From an uncultured Acidobacteriaceae bacterium (lineage in GTDB: Bacteria > Acidobacteriota > Terriglobia > Terriglobales > Acidobacteriaceae), in contig CAVXDG010000002.1 in the NCBI GenBank assembly GCA_963760475.1, forward strand, positions 11,602 to 75,601: a stretch of 64,000 bases of DNA, in the 5' to 3' direction. Shown in pieces: positions 62,029 through 64,000 of the stretch. The stretch's first letter is position 1. Every line of letters begins with the position of its first letter. The notes below the pieces were generated by a model, which saw only the letters and a program-made list of their open reading frames with translations, did no database searches and was not told the origin of the DNA. The position numbers were made by a program, and so were the translations under genes.

Positions 62029-62868
62029 CTACAACTTGCCTTCCAGCCACCCGCCCAGCTTCTCCACCGGCAGCCGCACCCCAATAAAGAACTGCCCGAA
62101 CAGCGCATACACGGCGCTCACTTCGTCAAAGCGCATCTCGTAGATCAGCTTCTTGAAGACCACCGGATCATCGGCGAACAGATCGACGCCCCACTCCCAG
62201 TCGTCCATCCCGATCGACCCGGAGATGATCTGCTTCACCCGGTCGCCGTACCGCCGCCCGATCATCCCGTGCTCGTGCATCATCCGCTGCCGCTCGGCAA
62301 ACGGAACCGTGTACCAGTTCACCTGCTCGCCGCGCTTGCGATCCATCGGATAAAAGCACAGGTACTTCGCCTCCGGAACAGCAGGGAAGAGCCGCGTCTT
62401 CATCGCCTCGGCCCCGCGCTTGCAGCGACTCCGCAATCTCCGCATTCCACTCCGGCGAGTGCGCCTCAAATCCCTTCGCCGCCGCAGCCTCGTAGGTCTT
62501 GCGGCTCGACTCGTAGAGTCCCAGCTCCACCACCGAAACATACGAGTGCCTCAGCTCCAGAAAATCGAAAAGCGAAGTCTGCGCCAGGTCCAGTTCCACC
62601 TGGTTCAGCGCTTCGAGCGACTCGCGAAAGTGCACCAGGATCAGATCGCCCTTGTGCCCCAGCTGCGAAAACAGCGCCGTCTGCACCGGTCCGTCCTCGG
62701 CGATCCGCTCCAGCTTCTTCAGCGACTGCAGTAGCTTCGCTCGCAATGCGAGCGCGTTCGCCGTCCGCGAAGGACTTGCCACTTCTTCCAGTCAAAGCGG
62801 AAGAACTGATGCAGAGCGAACGAGCCTTCAAGCGTCAACGGAACAGGGGGAAACTCAGCCAACTGCAT
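62029..62868 (-). CDS. hemQ: Coproheme decarboxylase (3 apparent +1 indels)
   Basis: TLEGSFALHQFFRFDW, LGHKGD, SYVSVVEL, FYPMDRKR..NWY, HGMIGRRY and DDWEWGV. Confidence 0.85.
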
Positions 62869-63002
62869 CACCTCTTACGTACGTCGAAACACCCTCATCC
62901 TAACAAAGGAGCTCCGCTCCCTTGATCTCTTGCGCTTCCTGACCCCGCTCATACACATCGTCGAAACCGCCCCGTCACCGCCCTATATACTTGAATCTGC
63001 CC

Positions 63003-63643
63003 ATGACCGAACGCATTCTTGCTGTCCTTGTCCAGTTCATCACGCACGTCATCGACATGGGCGGATACACCGGCATTGCTGCTTGATGGGCATCGAGTCC
63101 GCCTGTATCCCGCTCCCCTCTGAAATCATCATGCCCTTCGCCGGCTACCTCGTCTATCTCGGCCGCTTCAACCTCTTCTGGGCCGCCACCGCCGGCGCCA
63201 TCGGCTGCAATCTTGGCTCCGTCGTCGCCTACTGGATCGGCGCCAAGGGTGGGCGTCCGCTCGTCGAGCGCTATGGCCGCTGGGTCCTGATGAGCCATCA
63301 TGACCTCGACCGCATGACCTACTTCTTCAACAGCTACGGCGCCATTACGGTTCTGATCGGGCGCCTTCTCCCCGTGGTGCGCACCTTCATCGCCTTTCCG
63401 GCGGGCATCGCCAAAATGCCGCAGCTCCGCTTCCACATCTACACCTTCATCGGCTCGTGGCCTTGGTGCTTCGCCCTCGCCTACGCCGGCATGAAGCTGG
63501 GCGAGAAGTGGCACACCGACCCGCGCTTCGAGCAGGCATTCCACCGTTTTCATCTCGGAGTCGAGATTGTCCTCCTCGCGGCTATCATCTGGTTTGTCTG
63601 GTCGCACATCGGCCGCAGGCGCCAGGCCGCTCAGGAAGAATGA
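63003..63643 (+). CDS. dedA: DedA family membrane protein (frameshift near 63080)
   Basis: MGYTGI joined to ESACIPLPSE and GRLLPVVRTFIAFPAG. Confidence 0.88.
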
Positions 63644-63740
63644 CCGCCGCGTACGGGCGTACACTGATTCGTCTCTCAAATTGCAATTAGCGGATTCCCT
63701 GAGAATCCGCAGCAACCAAACGGAAGGTTAGGCAGAAACA

Positions 63741-64000
63741 ATGGGAAATGAGCAGCAGGAGGACGGCGTGAACAGAGAGACCGCCGTCGCGAAAGATTGC
63801 GCCCGCAAAGGGCAAGCTGGGCGTGATGGTCGTCGGCCTCGGCGCCGTCGCCACCACAATGATCGCCGGCGTTGAAGCCGTCCGCCGCGGACTCGCCAAG
63901 CCCATCGGCTCGCTCACCCAGATGGGCACCATCCGCCTCGGCAAGCGCACCGACAACAAATCGCCCCTCATCAAGGACTTCGTTCCTCTCGCCGACCTGA
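63741..64000 (+). CDS. ino1: myo-inositol-1-phosphate synthase (3'-truncated; apparent indel near 63790)
   Basis: Read manually: KGKLGVMVVGLGAVATTMIAGVEAVRRGLAKPIGSLTQMGTIRLGKR. Confidence 0.8.

Noticed and set aside
60790-62925. 711-aa + strand ORF and other long antisense ORFs (e.g. 25699-26937, 35926-37323, 57545-58879)
   Set aside because: Shadow ORFs of high-GC genes, with no recognisable motifs.

Overview
GC-rich core-chromosome segment. Gene content and repeat families point to an Acidobacteriaceae (Terriglobia) bacterium; this is inference. It carries dnaE (3' part)-yegD, kdpFABC with kdpE and a divergent truncated kdpD, a NitT/TauT-type ABC pair, dnaX-ybaB-recR, SET and LytTR proteins, prepilin peptidase, mazG-GNAT-OSBS/NSAR, yebC, pagL-like, ftcD, lpxD and an atypical tRNA nucleotidyltransferase. 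Further on are an ECF sigma/ZAS pair near a bufferin-like MNIO (DUF692) RiPP cluster, a GH2 mannosidase, an Oar/TonB-like receptor, mutS-nagZ-anmK, ccsA-hemACD, hemQ-nth, dedA and the start of ino1. Clustered single-base indels in essential genes look like long-read consensus errors. I saw no rRNA, tRNA, CRISPR or transposase. Most notable: (1) one bipartite palindromic element (20-nt hairpin, 21-nt spacer, GGGGCTTTAGCCCC) sits in frame inside both mutS and hemD, like Rickettsia palindromic elements; (2) a frameshift-masked 6-Cys tandem-repeat MNIO precursor with its cluster; (3) an unannotated 28-aa membrane peptide upstream of kdpF; (4) a nucleotidyltransferase with degenerate motifs and an acidic plus histone-H1-like tail.
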